Below are positions 1-12,380 of a stretch of 64,000 nt of DNA, piece by piece. Under the pieces are notes generated by a model. The model worked only from the letters and a program-made list of their open reading frames with translations, made no database searches and was not told where the DNA came from. Positions within the stretch are counted from its first letter, which is position 1. Each line of letters opens with the position of its first letter. Source of the stretch: Balanoglossus misakiensis (taxonomy: Eukaryota > Animalia > Hemichordata); contig CM082580.2 in the NCBI GenBank assembly GCA_040954595.2, positions 300,783 through 364,782 of the forward strand, given 5' to 3'. Position numbers and translations under genes: made by a program.

Positions 1-282
1 AGGAATCCAAATTTTTGGCCCAATTTTTGGGTACCCTCAGCTGACCTTTGAAGTACTTAACTGAAGTCCTTACATAACGTAGAAGTTCACTTGTGGTTGT
101 TGTGTTTGTACTTGTAGGACATCCATTTCGGGTGGTTGCCTACTTCCCCATATCTCCACATCCAGAGCAAATACAGCCTACGCAATTGAATGGTACAACC
201 CTGAATGGAGTCTAATGGTTATTATCTCTATGCTTGGGCCCATTCAATGCTGCTTGCAGCTTTAATTATTACTATTATTATT
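1..282 (+). mobile_element. End of a Helentron/DINE-1-like non-autonomous repeat (same family as 63490-64000)
   Basis: Shares motifs (aaattt..gcccaa.tttt, ctcag.tgacctttga, catccagagca) with the 239-bp tandem units at 63490-64000. Ends in gcttgggcccattcaatgctgcttgcagcttt followed by an (ATT)n-like tract. Confidence 0.45.
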
Positions 283-353
283 GTCACGATATAAAGACAC
301 CAACTAAAAACTTACAAAATCACAATGTCTTCACAACTCAAAATTTCACTCAC

Positions 354-1446
354 TTCTTTTAGTTTGGTAGCCACCCCTCCTTTCTGTCCTAGCATAACAG
401 GAGCACCATCACTGCCCAAAGCAGACAGACGATCTCTTAAGACAATACCATTCTCTGAAGAAAACTCTTTCACTGACTGTGCAATGGTGTCTGCTCTGCC
501 ATCACCAACCTAAAACAGTGAAAATAAAACCTTGATGTTAACACATGCAATGTACAACTCAATGTTTGTCTCACCTGAAATAACTAGTCAGCAAAATCAA
601 TTAAATGAGGTCACTCAAAAACATGTTTAATCGTATGTTTTTAATTCAGTGTAGACTTAAAAATTGAAAAACTTTCCACTTACTTCTTTAACTCCAAGGA
701 AAGACACAACTGACTTCCCAGACTTCAAGGTGTACTTGGAATAGATGATTAATTGCTTCAATACAGCCACATTAGTTGTTTTCATCTATTAACAGTGAAT
801 AGAAGTTACTTCCTTTCATCTTCTCTAAAATCTCATCACGGATGACTTTGCCTGAAAAATAAAATAAATGAAAATTACTCTTCAGATTAAACTTATCAAA
901 ATTCACAGTAATTTGTACAGTAATTATTCTTTATTGAGTGTAACACTATTGCTTAAACAGTGATCCTTTCTTGAAAACAACCAGGTTTAAATAAATGTTA
1001 CTACATTGCCTACAATTTAGATCTGCACAAAAATCAGTAGACCTACTTACCAATGCAATAAACCATTATAGTTGTGGTCATCACTGCTGAGAGTACCAAG
1101 GAATGAACACCCGAGGGACTTTGCCAATTCCAAAACATGGATGAAGTTGGTGGTGTGCGGCAATTCTCTGTGCATGAGAAAATACATGCATCGTAGGACG
1201 CCGATGCATGAAGGCTTGCGTCTCAAAGGTGATGACCTTGTCAAATGCAGCCACAAGACCGCTGCTGTTCTCGATAACTGCTGCCTCGGCGTCAAGCTGC
1301 ATTGCCGCCCGGTCGATAATCGTCTCTTCATGCTGCTTGAGTTTGTCTTCGCGAAGGGTGGTACATGTACATGGAGATGTTGTAACCCAAGTCCCTCCGC
1401 ACTTGGCCTTCTGCTTGTGTTTTGTACAAAGGCGACAAAACATCCC
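354..1446 (-). pseudogene. Spliced hAT-superfamily transposase (ZNF862/TTF-zinc-finger-like), frameshifted fragment; exons ~1446-1051, 851-684, 509-354
   Basis: Exon 1 reads MFCRLCTKH...W...C...KQHE (TTF-type Zn finger), then shifts frame near 1205 into LRCMYFLMHRELPHTTNF. Exon 2 reads GKVIRDEILEKMKGSNFYSLLIDE/TTNVAVLKQL (first catalytic D, extra A at ~781). Exon 3 reads ...LSALGSDGAPVMLGQKGGVATKLKE (second catalytic D, typical hAT motif). Boundaries are canonical gtaagt/gtgagt donors and ag acceptors. Confidence 0.8.
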
Positions 1447-3783
1447 TAAACTGAATAAATATCATTCTCTCAAATGCCAGCCGCATGCGGGAGCGTGCAC
1501 CAGAAACAATAAATATTTACCAAGGCGGGAATGAAAAGAAAGCAGGGCGGCGCGTAAGATAGCAGGGTGGCAAAAAATAAAGGAGGGCGGGCCTGCCCAG
1601 CTAACCCCCCCCCCCCCCCAAAGTATTAACGCTCTGTGTTTACCATAGACTAATAGTGTCTCAAATTTTACCCTGTGTGAACCTGGTAAGAGACGTGTCT
1701 CAAATCTGAGAAGATTCAGGACCACTTAAACCATTCACCAATAATAATTTATGCCAGTATTTGATCTGAGACGTTTTAGCAATTTCTTGTGTGACCCTCA
1801 TATCAGTTGAAGCTGACAAATCCAGTATTTTGAATTTTTACATGGATTTTGTATACAGTGTGAATTGTAATTAAAGCTCCATTACCTTTACCTTTTTCCT
1901 ATGTTTTCAGTATCTTTGTTTAGCAGTTTCTTGTGCAAATTCCCGAAACATGATGAAACATATATGTGTATGGTCAGCATTGTTATTGTGCCAAATTGGA
2001 ATTTAAGTCCAGACTAGAATCCATGAATTATTGTCAACAATGACAATGGCCATTATACACATACATTCTGTGCTGACAAGTAACAATCTGTGTGGAGTAG
2101 AACATGAAATCGCATTTGCTACATAGAACAAAAATACTGGAAATAAAGCCAAAAGATACAACGAATGTATATTTAACTTTAACTGCATTCTCATTCTCAT
2201 CTGTATATATTTTACTGAGATTGTTTCATCAGGGTTTATCAGTATTCTAAACCAGCTTATGTGTGCATACAATCTGATTAAAATCAGATGTAGGGTACGG
2301 CGACGTCTTTTACTTCGCAGTACGGTATTCTTATACTGTCGCCTCACACTACATCTGACCAACTCCCATAGAAGCTCCCGTTGAAAACTCTAGTAAACCA
2401 ATCAGACGGTGCCTTATAGAGAACTTTAGGTATCCTTCAGTTTTGATTGACATAACGTGCAATCTGATTGGCTTGGCCGCAACGGGACGTTGAACAAGCT
2501 TCTATATCTGATTCATATAATACTGAAAGGGTTAAGAATGGCACACACTACATGTATGAGCTCATGGAATGTGTTTCTTCCCATAGGATAACATTAAGAA
2601 TTGATAGAAAACCCTTTTCTACTATTGTAATTTTAAGAAGTTTCACTCATAACTCATCCAAATGAAATTAAATTGAGTGATTCATATAAGTTGTAGGCTC
2701 ACCACTGTGCTCAGTTTTGAGATAAACTTAAATGTGTCCATGCCTATAGAAAAATAACATAGAAAGACCTATGGTGAAAAATGTTGACTTTAATTCAGGC
2801 TGCATTAGTGGAAAAATAATCATACTTTGTCTGGCATAGAAACTCAGAATCTACAAAAAAGGCCTTTAAAACATGAATGGAAATGAAAATACTGCTACAA
2901 TAAGAAATTCTTACCTTGAATAAAGTATTTATTGGTACCACCACTTCCATAAAGAAACCACTTTGCTGGTGTAATGAGTTGTCAATCTGGGTTTGCTCAT
3001 TGGCCTTGCTTTGAGTTCCAATTCATGATGATGGTGTATTAGGACACTGGACTTGAAACAGGTGTATGCTGGTATTATACACGTTGAAAGTATTGTCATT
3101 CTTTTAATTGTGGATTTTTGGATTATGCTGTGTATGTATAATGAGAATTCGTTAAAAATTGTAGGGGTCATTGCCCTTTTTAAAAAAAAATACAGAGCCA
3201 TGAATTTAGTTGATAATAGAAGAAATTTGCTGTCTCAGCATTTTTCACCAATGGTTTGTCTATGGGCGAAGATTTTAACGCAATTTATCTCATAATAGAG
3301 CTTGGTGACCACATAATTTTTTTTGACCAATGAATTTACGTTTACTTGACTGAGCTATGTGTAAAATTTCGTGAAAAAGACAATAGTAGAAGTTTGTTTT
3401 CTGGCAATTATCGATGTAATCCTTTCAGGAACAGACACACATGCACTGTTTATCAGTTTATGTTGTGCGTGTACATCCTTAAATGGTATTTGCCTCTCAT
3501 GCCTTCCAAATTGTGATTCTGTTCTAGTGTTTTTGTTAAGGGCGGTACCTAGATAAAATCTACCGGAGTACCCCAGTCACTCCGAATTAAAACAACAGAA
3601 CAAGGCCAATGTCACAGTGGTCAGGCAGTCTACCAGAGTTCCCCAGTCATTTTACCGGGGTTCCCCTGGGTGTATCAATGTGGTTATATTAGGAGGTTAT
3701 AGGAATATTAACGGGGTTCCCAAATCCATTACCAGTGTTCCCCGACCTTTGCAAAAACACTGTGTTCTTTTTATCCTCCACAG

Positions 3784-4272
3784 GAAGAGACAAAGAAAAG
3801 CATAGCAACCTCTGCTGATACTGCCACAACAAGCACAAGCACAAACACACCCCAGCCTGTAGCTTCTGCGAACCAACAACCCCCACCCTATCCAGCCGCA
3901 GCATACCAGCAACACTTCCAGCAGATGTCATACCCGAACCCATTCGTGTCTCAGTACGCTGCGTTTGCAGGAGCCGGACAGCCGCCACGACACAGAGATG
4001 CGGCATCGAACAACGACAACACCGTTCAACCGCCAGCCGATGCAACACCCCAGGCAGATGTCAACACTCCCCTAGCACCAGAACCTGCAACTGCCAACAC
4101 AGAAAACACCCCCAGAGAAATGCCAATGACAATGCTACCACAGAGACAAACATACGACAAAGAAATGTCAGCCAGCAAGGGTATGAGCAACCCAGAAGAA
4201 GAAACGACACACTATCAAATCAGAATAATCGCCAGATACGTCAGCAAGAAAATAGTAATTCTTTCGTGTTGA
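3784..4272 (+). CDS. Candidate terminal coding exon, Pro/Thr/Gln-rich low-complexity peptide with a PPPY motif
   Basis: Polypyrimidine acceptor ttttatcctccacag ends at 3783. One open frame EETKKSIATSADTATTSTSTNTPQPVASANQQPPPYPAAAYQQHFQQMSYPNPF... runs to TGA at 4272. Composition differs from the flanks. No upstream exons identified. Confidence 0.45.
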   Translation, partial: EETKKSIATSADTATTSTSTNTPQPVASANQQPPPYPAAAYQQHFQQMSYPNPFVSQYAAFAGAGQPPRHRDAASNNDNTVQPPADATPQADVNTPLAPEPATANTENTPREMPMTMLPQRQTYDKEMSASKGMSNPEEETTHYQIRIIARYVSKKIVILSC

Positions 4273-4647
4273 TAGTGCTGTTGAGTCTAGCCTTAGCAGC
4301 TCTTATGTTGAGACGATTATTCATTACATACGAGTTTAAATTTGATTATAATGTGTAGTTTATGAAAATATTTAATTAATTCACAACTGATGACAGGTCA
4401 AATGTTATTATTTTCCTCGAGTTTTCATACACATCTGGAATGTTGTCTATATCTTAACAAAAACTATTGTTTAAAAGTCCTGGTGAAAAATCAAGCCAGC
4501 CATTATTTATTGTATTGAAATAGATGGGGGGAGGCACAATGAAAATGGCATATGTTTAGCCTATAGATTTCTGGAAACCACTGGTGAACTCGCTGATAGT
4601 ACTGAGCAATCTGAATGATATGGACATAGTGGTTATTTGGTTGTAGA

Positions 4648-7497
4648 TACAAGACCTCTCTGCAAAATTTTCCTCAAAGAGGTTTTAAATCCGTAACCAA
4701 ATATAAGCGCACACCATTTATAATGTCATTATATATAATATGATTTTGTGTGATAAAAAATCTGATGTTTGGATTTTAAGTATTACATGCCAGAAAGGCC
4801 TCGTTGCTCACTGCTCATGAAAATGCCACTTGTACAAACATGTTCTAGAATTTCTTAAGTAGAGCGCCCTGATGCCCATGACCAATCCAAGTTAATAAAT
4901 TGTGTTCTATTCAGATGCATTCTCTTTTGTGTATTTTATTTCAGTTATTTACTGTTCAGGTCTTCTAGTAGAGAATGTTATGACAGAACCCCATGGCTCG
5001 ATCGTGCAAGCACGGCGTAACGGTAGTATTTGCATCGAGTGTCTGGCGGTGTATTCTTGTGCCCGTCCCCCGCACTCGCTGTCGCTCGTGCGGGGGGCAG
5101 CAAGAATACACCGCCAGCACGAGTGCAAATACTACCGGTACGCCGTGCTTGCACGATTGAGCCATGGGGTTCTGTTTTTATTACATATGTTCATCCCATT
5201 TTGAAAAAAAGACCGAAAATGAAAGAAATGAGACCGCGGAATGATATTGCTTGTTTCGTGAACAGGCCACTCATTTGCATACAGGTATAGCATAATGTTT
5301 TTGGTATTGCACTGAGTGCAAATACCGATGTTACGCGCGCGCTCGGTGCAAGTAATCGACGGTACATATGTAATAAAAACCCTTGCTTCAACCAATTACA
5401 GAGCTTCAATCAGACCAAGTAAACCCTGGTATTATAAATTTATGATCTATGTTATACAGGTATAGGACATTTTGTCTTTCACCATGTTTACACTGGGTAA
5501 AATGAGAAACATTTCAGATACCAGGTTCAGGCAGGGAAAAATTTGAGACACTATTTGCCTATGGTAAACACAGAGCATTAATCCTTTGAGTCGTTTGTGT
5601 CCACACACACAAAGTTTATGTATAGGCACTGCGAGGCTCGGCCCCATAGACAATGGGTTGCGAAGAGGTGTTAATCATTACACCGGATCAGGTCTGGCTG
5701 GCAAAACCGTCTCAAATCTGAAACGTTCCAGGAAGACTTTAATTGTTCACAAAGTATTTTTTATGTCAATGTTTGAGTTGAGATGTTTCAGAAAACTTTC
5801 AATGGTCCCTATGTGAATGCCCTATTTTTAGTTCCTTTGTGTTGTATGTACAAACACATACAAGTTTCAGCTTTAGGGATCAGTCAGAGCATATTATCAA
5901 GCAGTCTGTCTATCGGTTGCTATGTGTGTGTGTGTCTCATCTCCACAAAAAATATGTAGCACTACATGTACTTCATGAATCACAATATACACACAGTGAC
6001 TGGCTGTGAGGGTAACATGTGGATGACATGATGGTGTTATAATGCTATTAAGTGCAAATGTAAAACCTGGACTACAAGACCTCTCTGCAAAATTTTCCTC
6101 AAAGAGGTTTTAAATCCGTAACCAAATATAAGCGCACACCATTTATAATGTCATTATATATAATATGATTTTGTGTGATAAAAAATCTGATGTTTGGATT
6201 TTAAGTATTACATGCCAGAAAGGCCTCGTTGCTCACTGCTCATGAAAATGCCACTTGTACAAACATGTTCTAGAATTTCTTAAGTAGAGCGCCCTGATGC
6301 CCATGACCAATCCAAGTTAATAAATTGTGTTCTATTCAGATGCATTCTCTTTTGTGTATTTTATTTCAGTTATTTACTGTTCAGGTCTTCTAGTAGAGAA
6401 TGTTATGACAGAACCCCATGGCTCGATCGTGCAAGCACGGCGTAACGGTAGTATTTGCATCGAGTGTCTGGCGGTGTATTCTTGTGCCCGTCCCCCGCAC
6501 TCGCTGTCGCTCGTGCGGGGGGCAGCAAGAATACACCGCCAGCACGAGTGCAAATACTACCGGTACGCCGTGCTTGCACGATTGAGCCATGGGGTTCTGT
6601 TTTTATTACATATGTTCATCCCATTTTGAAAAAAAGACCGAAAATGAAAGAAATGAGACCGCGGAATGATATTGCTTGTTTCGTGAACAGGCCACTCATT
6701 TGCATACAGGTATAGCATAATGTTTTTGGTATTGCACTGAGTGCAAATACCGATGTTACGCGCGCGCTCGGTGCAAGTAATCGACGGTACATATGTAATA
6801 AAAACCCTTGCTTCAACCAATTACAGAGCTTCAATCAGACCAAGTAAACCCTGGTATTATAAATTTATGATCTATGTTATACAGGTATAGGACATTTTGT
6901 CTTTCACCATGTTTACACTGGGTAAAATGAGAAACATTTCAGATACCAGGTTCAGGCAGGGAAAAATTTGAGACACTATTTGCCTATGGTAAACACAGAG
7001 CATTAATCCTTTGAGTCGTTTGTGTCCACACACACAAAGTTTATGTATAGGCACTGCGAGGCTCGGCCCCATAGACAATGGGTTGCGAAGAGGTGTTAAT
7101 CATTACACCGGATCAGGTCTGGCTGGCAAAACCGTCTCAAATCTGAAACGTTCCAGGAAGACTTTAATTGTTCACAAAGTATTTTTTATGTCAATGTTTG
7201 AGTTGAGATGTTTCAGAAAACTTTCAATGGTCCCTATGTGAATGCCCTATTTTTAGTTCCTTTGTGTTGTATGTACAAACACATACAAGTTTCAGCTTTA
7301 GGGATCAGTCAGAGCATATTATCAAGCAGTCTGTCTATCGGTTGCTATGTGTGTGTGTGTCTCATCTCCACAAAAAATATGTAGCACTACATGTACTTCA
7401 TGAATCACAATATACACACAGTGACTGGCTGTGAGGGTAACATGTGGATGACATGATGGTGTTATAATGCTATTAAGTGCAAATGTAAAACCTGGAC
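4648..7497. repeat. Tandem duplication, 2 x 1425 bp (4648-6072 / 6073-7497)
   Basis: All ORFs repeat identically at +1425 (e.g. 4902/6327, 5586/7011). TACA microhomology at the junctions. Confidence 0.95.
4983..5380. mobile_element. Compound palindromic (fold-back) non-autonomous element; duplicated at 6408-6805
   Basis: acagaaccccatggctc...gagccatggggttctgt forms a ~190-bp near-perfect hairpin (4983-5175). It is directly followed by a second inverted pair gtttttattacatatgt...acatatgtaataaaaac. Confidence 0.7.
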
Positions 7498-7966
7498 TAC
7501 AGGCAAGATTTTTGAAAGGACGGTAAATGTTGATGCAAAGAATGTTTGAGTCAGCCTATGCACGTGAACTCAAATATACAGAAAAATTTACAAATCTTAA
7601 AGTAACATTTTCGTATGGAATTGTGTACTTTTGAAAATCATTTCAAAATCATGTTATAGACTTGTTGAAAGACTGTTGACTACATCTGATTAAAAAGAAA
7701 CATGAAATTCAAGCAATAACCAGTTTTTTACTTCTCTCTTGCAACAGTGTTAAAGAAATCAAACGGTTTTGTTTTGGCCGGTAAACACCGATGGATTCAC
7801 TCTTAAGTCCATCGTGCATCCAAACGCAGTCGAGTCGGTTTGGTCATTGTTTATGCGACAGTAAATGCCAAATGTGACAGAAGCATCATATTAAATGAGA
7901 TAGAATACACAAACAAACAAAGATACGAATAAACAAACACGCAAACAAACAAACAAACAACCATGA

Positions 7967-8220
7967 AGGACTGTTCAGAATTTACTTCCAAGTTGGGGAT
8001 GGAGGATTTTTTATTTTCCTGGTGATTTTTTCCCATGGTCTCCCCTAGTAAATTGTGGAGGAAATATGTGGTCCCCCCTTAAATTTCCTGGGGATTTTCC
8101 ATGGTCCCCCTATTGTGACTTTTATGTCTAGTCTCCCCTAATTTGTCTTGGAGAAAATGGGTGGTCCCCCCCCCCCTCTGAAAATTCTCCGCCCCCTGGA
8201 AGTAAATTCTGAACAGTCCC
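7967..8220. mobile_element. MITE, PIF/Harbinger-like
   Basis: TIR ggactgttcagaatttacttcca / tggaagtaaattctgaacagtcc, right flank TTA, internal C/G runs. Same style as 23832-24618. Confidence 0.6.
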
Positions 8221-8236
8221 TTATTAAAGCCAACAG

Positions 8237-8420
8237 CTAGCACCCTGGCTTCTCTGCCAGAGGAGCGATAACATCGACAAAATGCAGATACACAAGAAAT
8301 GAGCACTTTATTCCACAAGTGAAGTAGTCTGTTCCCTGCCCCATTCCCACCGCTGGCTGCGCCCTTGAGCGTAGCGCCGATGGCAGTGGGAATGGGGCAG
8401 GGGACCTAGTCCAGGAGCTA
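8237..8420. mobile_element. Short TA-flanked MITE with GC-rich internal hairpin
   Basis: Ends tagcaccctgg...ccaggagcta. Internal inverted repeat ccctgccccattcccac / gtgggaatggggcaggg. Confidence 0.45.
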
Positions 8421-11400
8421 GATGCCGTTAATCAGAATTTTTGGTAAGGAAGGTTTGAGAGTTCCATTCTATGTAAAAAATGGTGCTGATTCCAAAAATG
8501 TCAGTCTTATTGACCCCACTCAAGACAAAATTGCCATTTTGGCCATTTTTAACCCAAAAATGGTGTTTTTTTAGAAAACACAAAAAACACACTGTTTTCG
8601 TCACATTCTAAGATCTGATGACATATGATATGCCTATTCTATGTAAAATTTGGTGAATATTACGAAAAAAATAGTTCGATTGACCCAATACAACAGAAAA
8701 TTGCCTTTTTGACCATTTTTTGCCAAAAAAACGTCATTTTTAGAAAAAAATTAAAAAACACGGTTTTCTTCATAATAGTTGATCTGGTGATATATGGAAA
8801 GTCAATTCTATGTTAAAAGTGGTGACTTTAAAAAAAAAAGCAGTCTTTTTGACCTCAATCAATACAAAAATGCCATTTTTGGCCACTTTTTGAGGTCAAA
8901 AAAGGTCATTTTTACAAAAAAACTAAAAATAAATTGTGTTTTTCATATTCAGAGATCATTGGATATATGAAGTGTCCATTCTATGTAAAAAACGGTGCTG
9001 ATTTCAGAAATAGCAGTCTTATTGACCCTACTCAAGAAAAAAAATGCCATTTTTGCCACTTTTTGCCCCAAAACGTCATTTTTAGAAAACACTCAAAATT
9101 TATATATTTTCTTCACTTATATGCCCATCCTATGTAAAACTTGGTGATTATTCCAAAAAAGCAGATTTATTGACCCAACCTAATGCAAAAATGCCCTTTT
9201 GGAAAGTTATTACCCAAAAAGGCCGTTTTTAGAAAAAAAAATTAAAAACAAACTTTTCTTCATAAAGCTCAGAGATCATGTGATATATGAAGTGTTCAAC
9301 CTATGTAAAAAATGGTGCTAATTCCAGAAATAGCAGTCTTATTGATCCTACTCAAGAAAAAATGCCATTTTTGCCACTTTTTGCCCCAAAAACGTCATTT
9401 TCAGAAAACACTCAAAATTTATATATTTTCTTCACTTTCGGAGATCTGATAATGTATTATATGCCCACTTTATGTGAAAAATTTCCAAAAAAGCAGTTTT
9501 ATTGATGCCACCCAAGATAAAAGTGCCCTTTGGCAAGTTTTTGCCCAAAAAGTGTCATTTCTAGAAAACACCCAAAACTTTTATATTTTCTTCACTTTCG
9601 GAGATGATGATGTATTATGTACCCACTCTATGTGAAAAAATTCAAAAAAAAATTACTAGCGCCACTCAAGAAAACAGTGCTTTTTTGACAAGTTTTTGCC
9701 CAAAAAGCCACTTTTCGAAAATCATTATAAACAAACTGTTTGATTCTTATTTGGAGATTCTATGATGTGTGAAAAGTACATTTATTGTAAAATAGGTGTT
9801 GATTCCAGAAATGCAGTCTTAATGACCTCAACCATGACGAAATCACCTTTTTGGCTAAGTTTTGCACAAAATTGTTATTTTTAAGAATATATTAATAAGC
9901 ATTCTCTTTTCTTCACTTTCGGTGATCTTATTATAAATAAAAGCCCATTCTATATTGAAACGTGGTTACTGTTCCAAAAACGGAAGTCTTACTTACCCTA
10001 TTCAATTGAAATTTGTAATTTCGGCCACTTTTTTGGTCAAAAATGTTCATTAAAAACAAACAAACTAAAGACAAATTGTTTTCTCCATATTCAGAGATCT
10101 GATCATGTATGAAAAGTCCATTCTGTGTAAAATTTGGTGACTATTCCAAAAACGGCACTCTGGTTGTCAAAATTGCCTTTTTTGCTATTTGTAGCCAAAA
10201 ATAGATCTACTCAAGAAAAAATTATCATTTTAGCCATTTTGTACCGAAAAAATGTTTGTATTTGGAGTTTTTGCAAAATTAGCCCAAGTTGAACTCATAA
10301 TGATGATGAAACAGCGTCGAGAGGAAAAGAAGTTACGAATGGAACAAAACTCGCGTCAATGAATGTAAACACGCCGCCCGGGACCAAGCTCTAAACATGA
10401 TACAGATGACAAAAGAAAGGCATTGCACATTGCCCAAATATTCCCATACAGCAGTTCCAAATTAAAACGTCAAGGGTTTTATGTTTATTTAGTTTAAACC
10501 CACATTTTCCCTGCTGCGTGCTAGTTCAGGGGCCAGTTTTAGCAGTGCTCTATTGAGTATTCTAGCATCGTTGCACTCCTGTCCAATCAGTATGATATAA
10601 ATTATAATATAATTTCTGATTTTGTATTCAGATTGAAGAGAATAAATTTCAACACTCTCTCCCGAGCTGGCATATCTGAACCTAAATATTCCACACCACG
10701 CATAATCGACTTATAGTAGACAGTGCGTATACATGGATCATCTTATTGTTAAGTTCAGTTTTGGGCTAAATTTGCCAAATTGTGGCAACCCTGTCTTTCA
10801 ATATCATCAATTTAATTGACATTATATGGTTATGGCGTTTTAAATATGCATATACAACATCAGAACACAAAAGGCAAAAACATCAATTATATTTGTTTTC
10901 TGAAAATGCCTATTGTTGACCAAAAGATGGCTAAATGGCAATTTTGTACTGAGCGGGGTGTCTCAATAAGACCGTTGTGCTGGTATCAGCATATTTTTTG
11001 CACACACACACACACAAAAAACGAATTTACATACATCACAAGGGCTCTGAATATTAAGGAATAAGTTTGTATTTATTTTTTCTAACAGTTACCTTTTTGA
11101 GCAAAGAGGCCAAAATGATATTTTTTTCCCTCAGTGGGGTCAGTAAGAGTGGGTTTTTTAGTACTTTTATTTATCATTTGATCACCAATGGGAAGAAAAT
11201 GGCATAATTTTCGTATTTTCTAGAAATGACACTTTTTGGGCAAAAACTTGCCAAAAAGGCACTTTTATCTTGAGTGGCATCAATAAAACTGCTTTTTTGG
11301 AAATTTTTCACATACAGTGGGCATATAATTCATTATCAGATCTCCGAAAGTGAAGAAAATATATAAATTTTGAGTGTTTTCTGAAAATGACGTTTTGGGG

Positions 11401-12380
11401 GCAAAAAGTGGCAAAATGGCATTTTTTCTTGAGTAGGATCAATAAGACTGCTATTTCTGGAATCAGCACCATTTTTTACATAGGATGAACATTTCATATA
11501 TCACATGATCTCTGAGCTTTATGAAGAAAAGTTTGTTTTTAAATTTTTTTCTAAAAATGGCCTTTTTGGGCAAAAACTTTCCAAAAGGGCATTTTTGCAT
11601 TAGGTTGGGTCAATAAATCTGCTTTTTTCGAATAATCACCAGATTTTACATAGGGTGGGCATATAATACATTATCAGATCTCCGAAAGTGAAGAAAATAT
11701 ATAAATTTTGTGTGTTTTCTGAAAATGACGTTTTGGGGCAAAAAGTGGCAAAAATGGCATTTTTTCTTGAGTAGGGTCAATAAGACTGCTATTTCTGGAA
11801 TCAGCACCATTTTTTACATAGAATGGACATTTCATATATCCAATGATCTCTGAATATGATAAACACAATTTATTTTTAGTTTTTTTGTAAAAATGACCTT
11901 TTTTGACCACAAAAAGTGGCCAAAAATGGCATTTTTGTATTGATTGAGGTCAAAAAGACTGCTTTATTTTTTAAAGTCACCACTTTTAACATAGAATTGA
12001 CTTTCCATATATCACCAGATCAATCATTATGAAGAAAACCGTGTGTTTTATTTTTTTTCTAAAAATGACGTTTTTGGGGCAAAAATTGGTCAAAAAGGCA
12101 ATTTTCTGTTGTTTTGGGTCAATCGAACTACTTTTTTCGTAATATTCACCAAATTTTACATAGAATAAGCATATCATATGTTATCAGATCTCAGAATGTG
12201 ACGAAAACAATGTGTTTTTAGTGTTTTCTAAAAAAGACCATTTTGGGGTTAAAAATGGCCAAAATGGCAATTTTGTCTTGAGTGGGGTTAATAAGACTGA
12301 CTTTTTTGGAATGAGCACCATTTTTTACATAGAATGGACTTCTCAAACCTTCCTTACCAAAAATTCTGATTAACGGCACC
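8421..12380. mobile_element. ~3.96-kb foldback non-autonomous DNA transposon with ~1.2-kb TIRs built of ~140-bp subrepeats, TA-flanked
   Basis: Left end ta|gatgccgttaatcagaatttttggtaaggaaggtttgaga is the reverse complement of right end tctcaaaccttccttaccaaaaattctgattaacggcacc|ta. Mirrored ORFs at 8625+/12177- and 8934+/11910-. No transposase in the centre. Confidence 0.85.

Noticed and set aside
2914-3051. Possible minus-strand exon (ttcaag|...ttcaag|gtaag)
   Set aside because: All frames contain stops and no domain is recognisable; it may be a degenerate or non-coding exon.
8625-12177. Mirrored short ORFs in the foldback arms
   Set aside because: They are AT-rich subrepeat translations with no transposase motifs.
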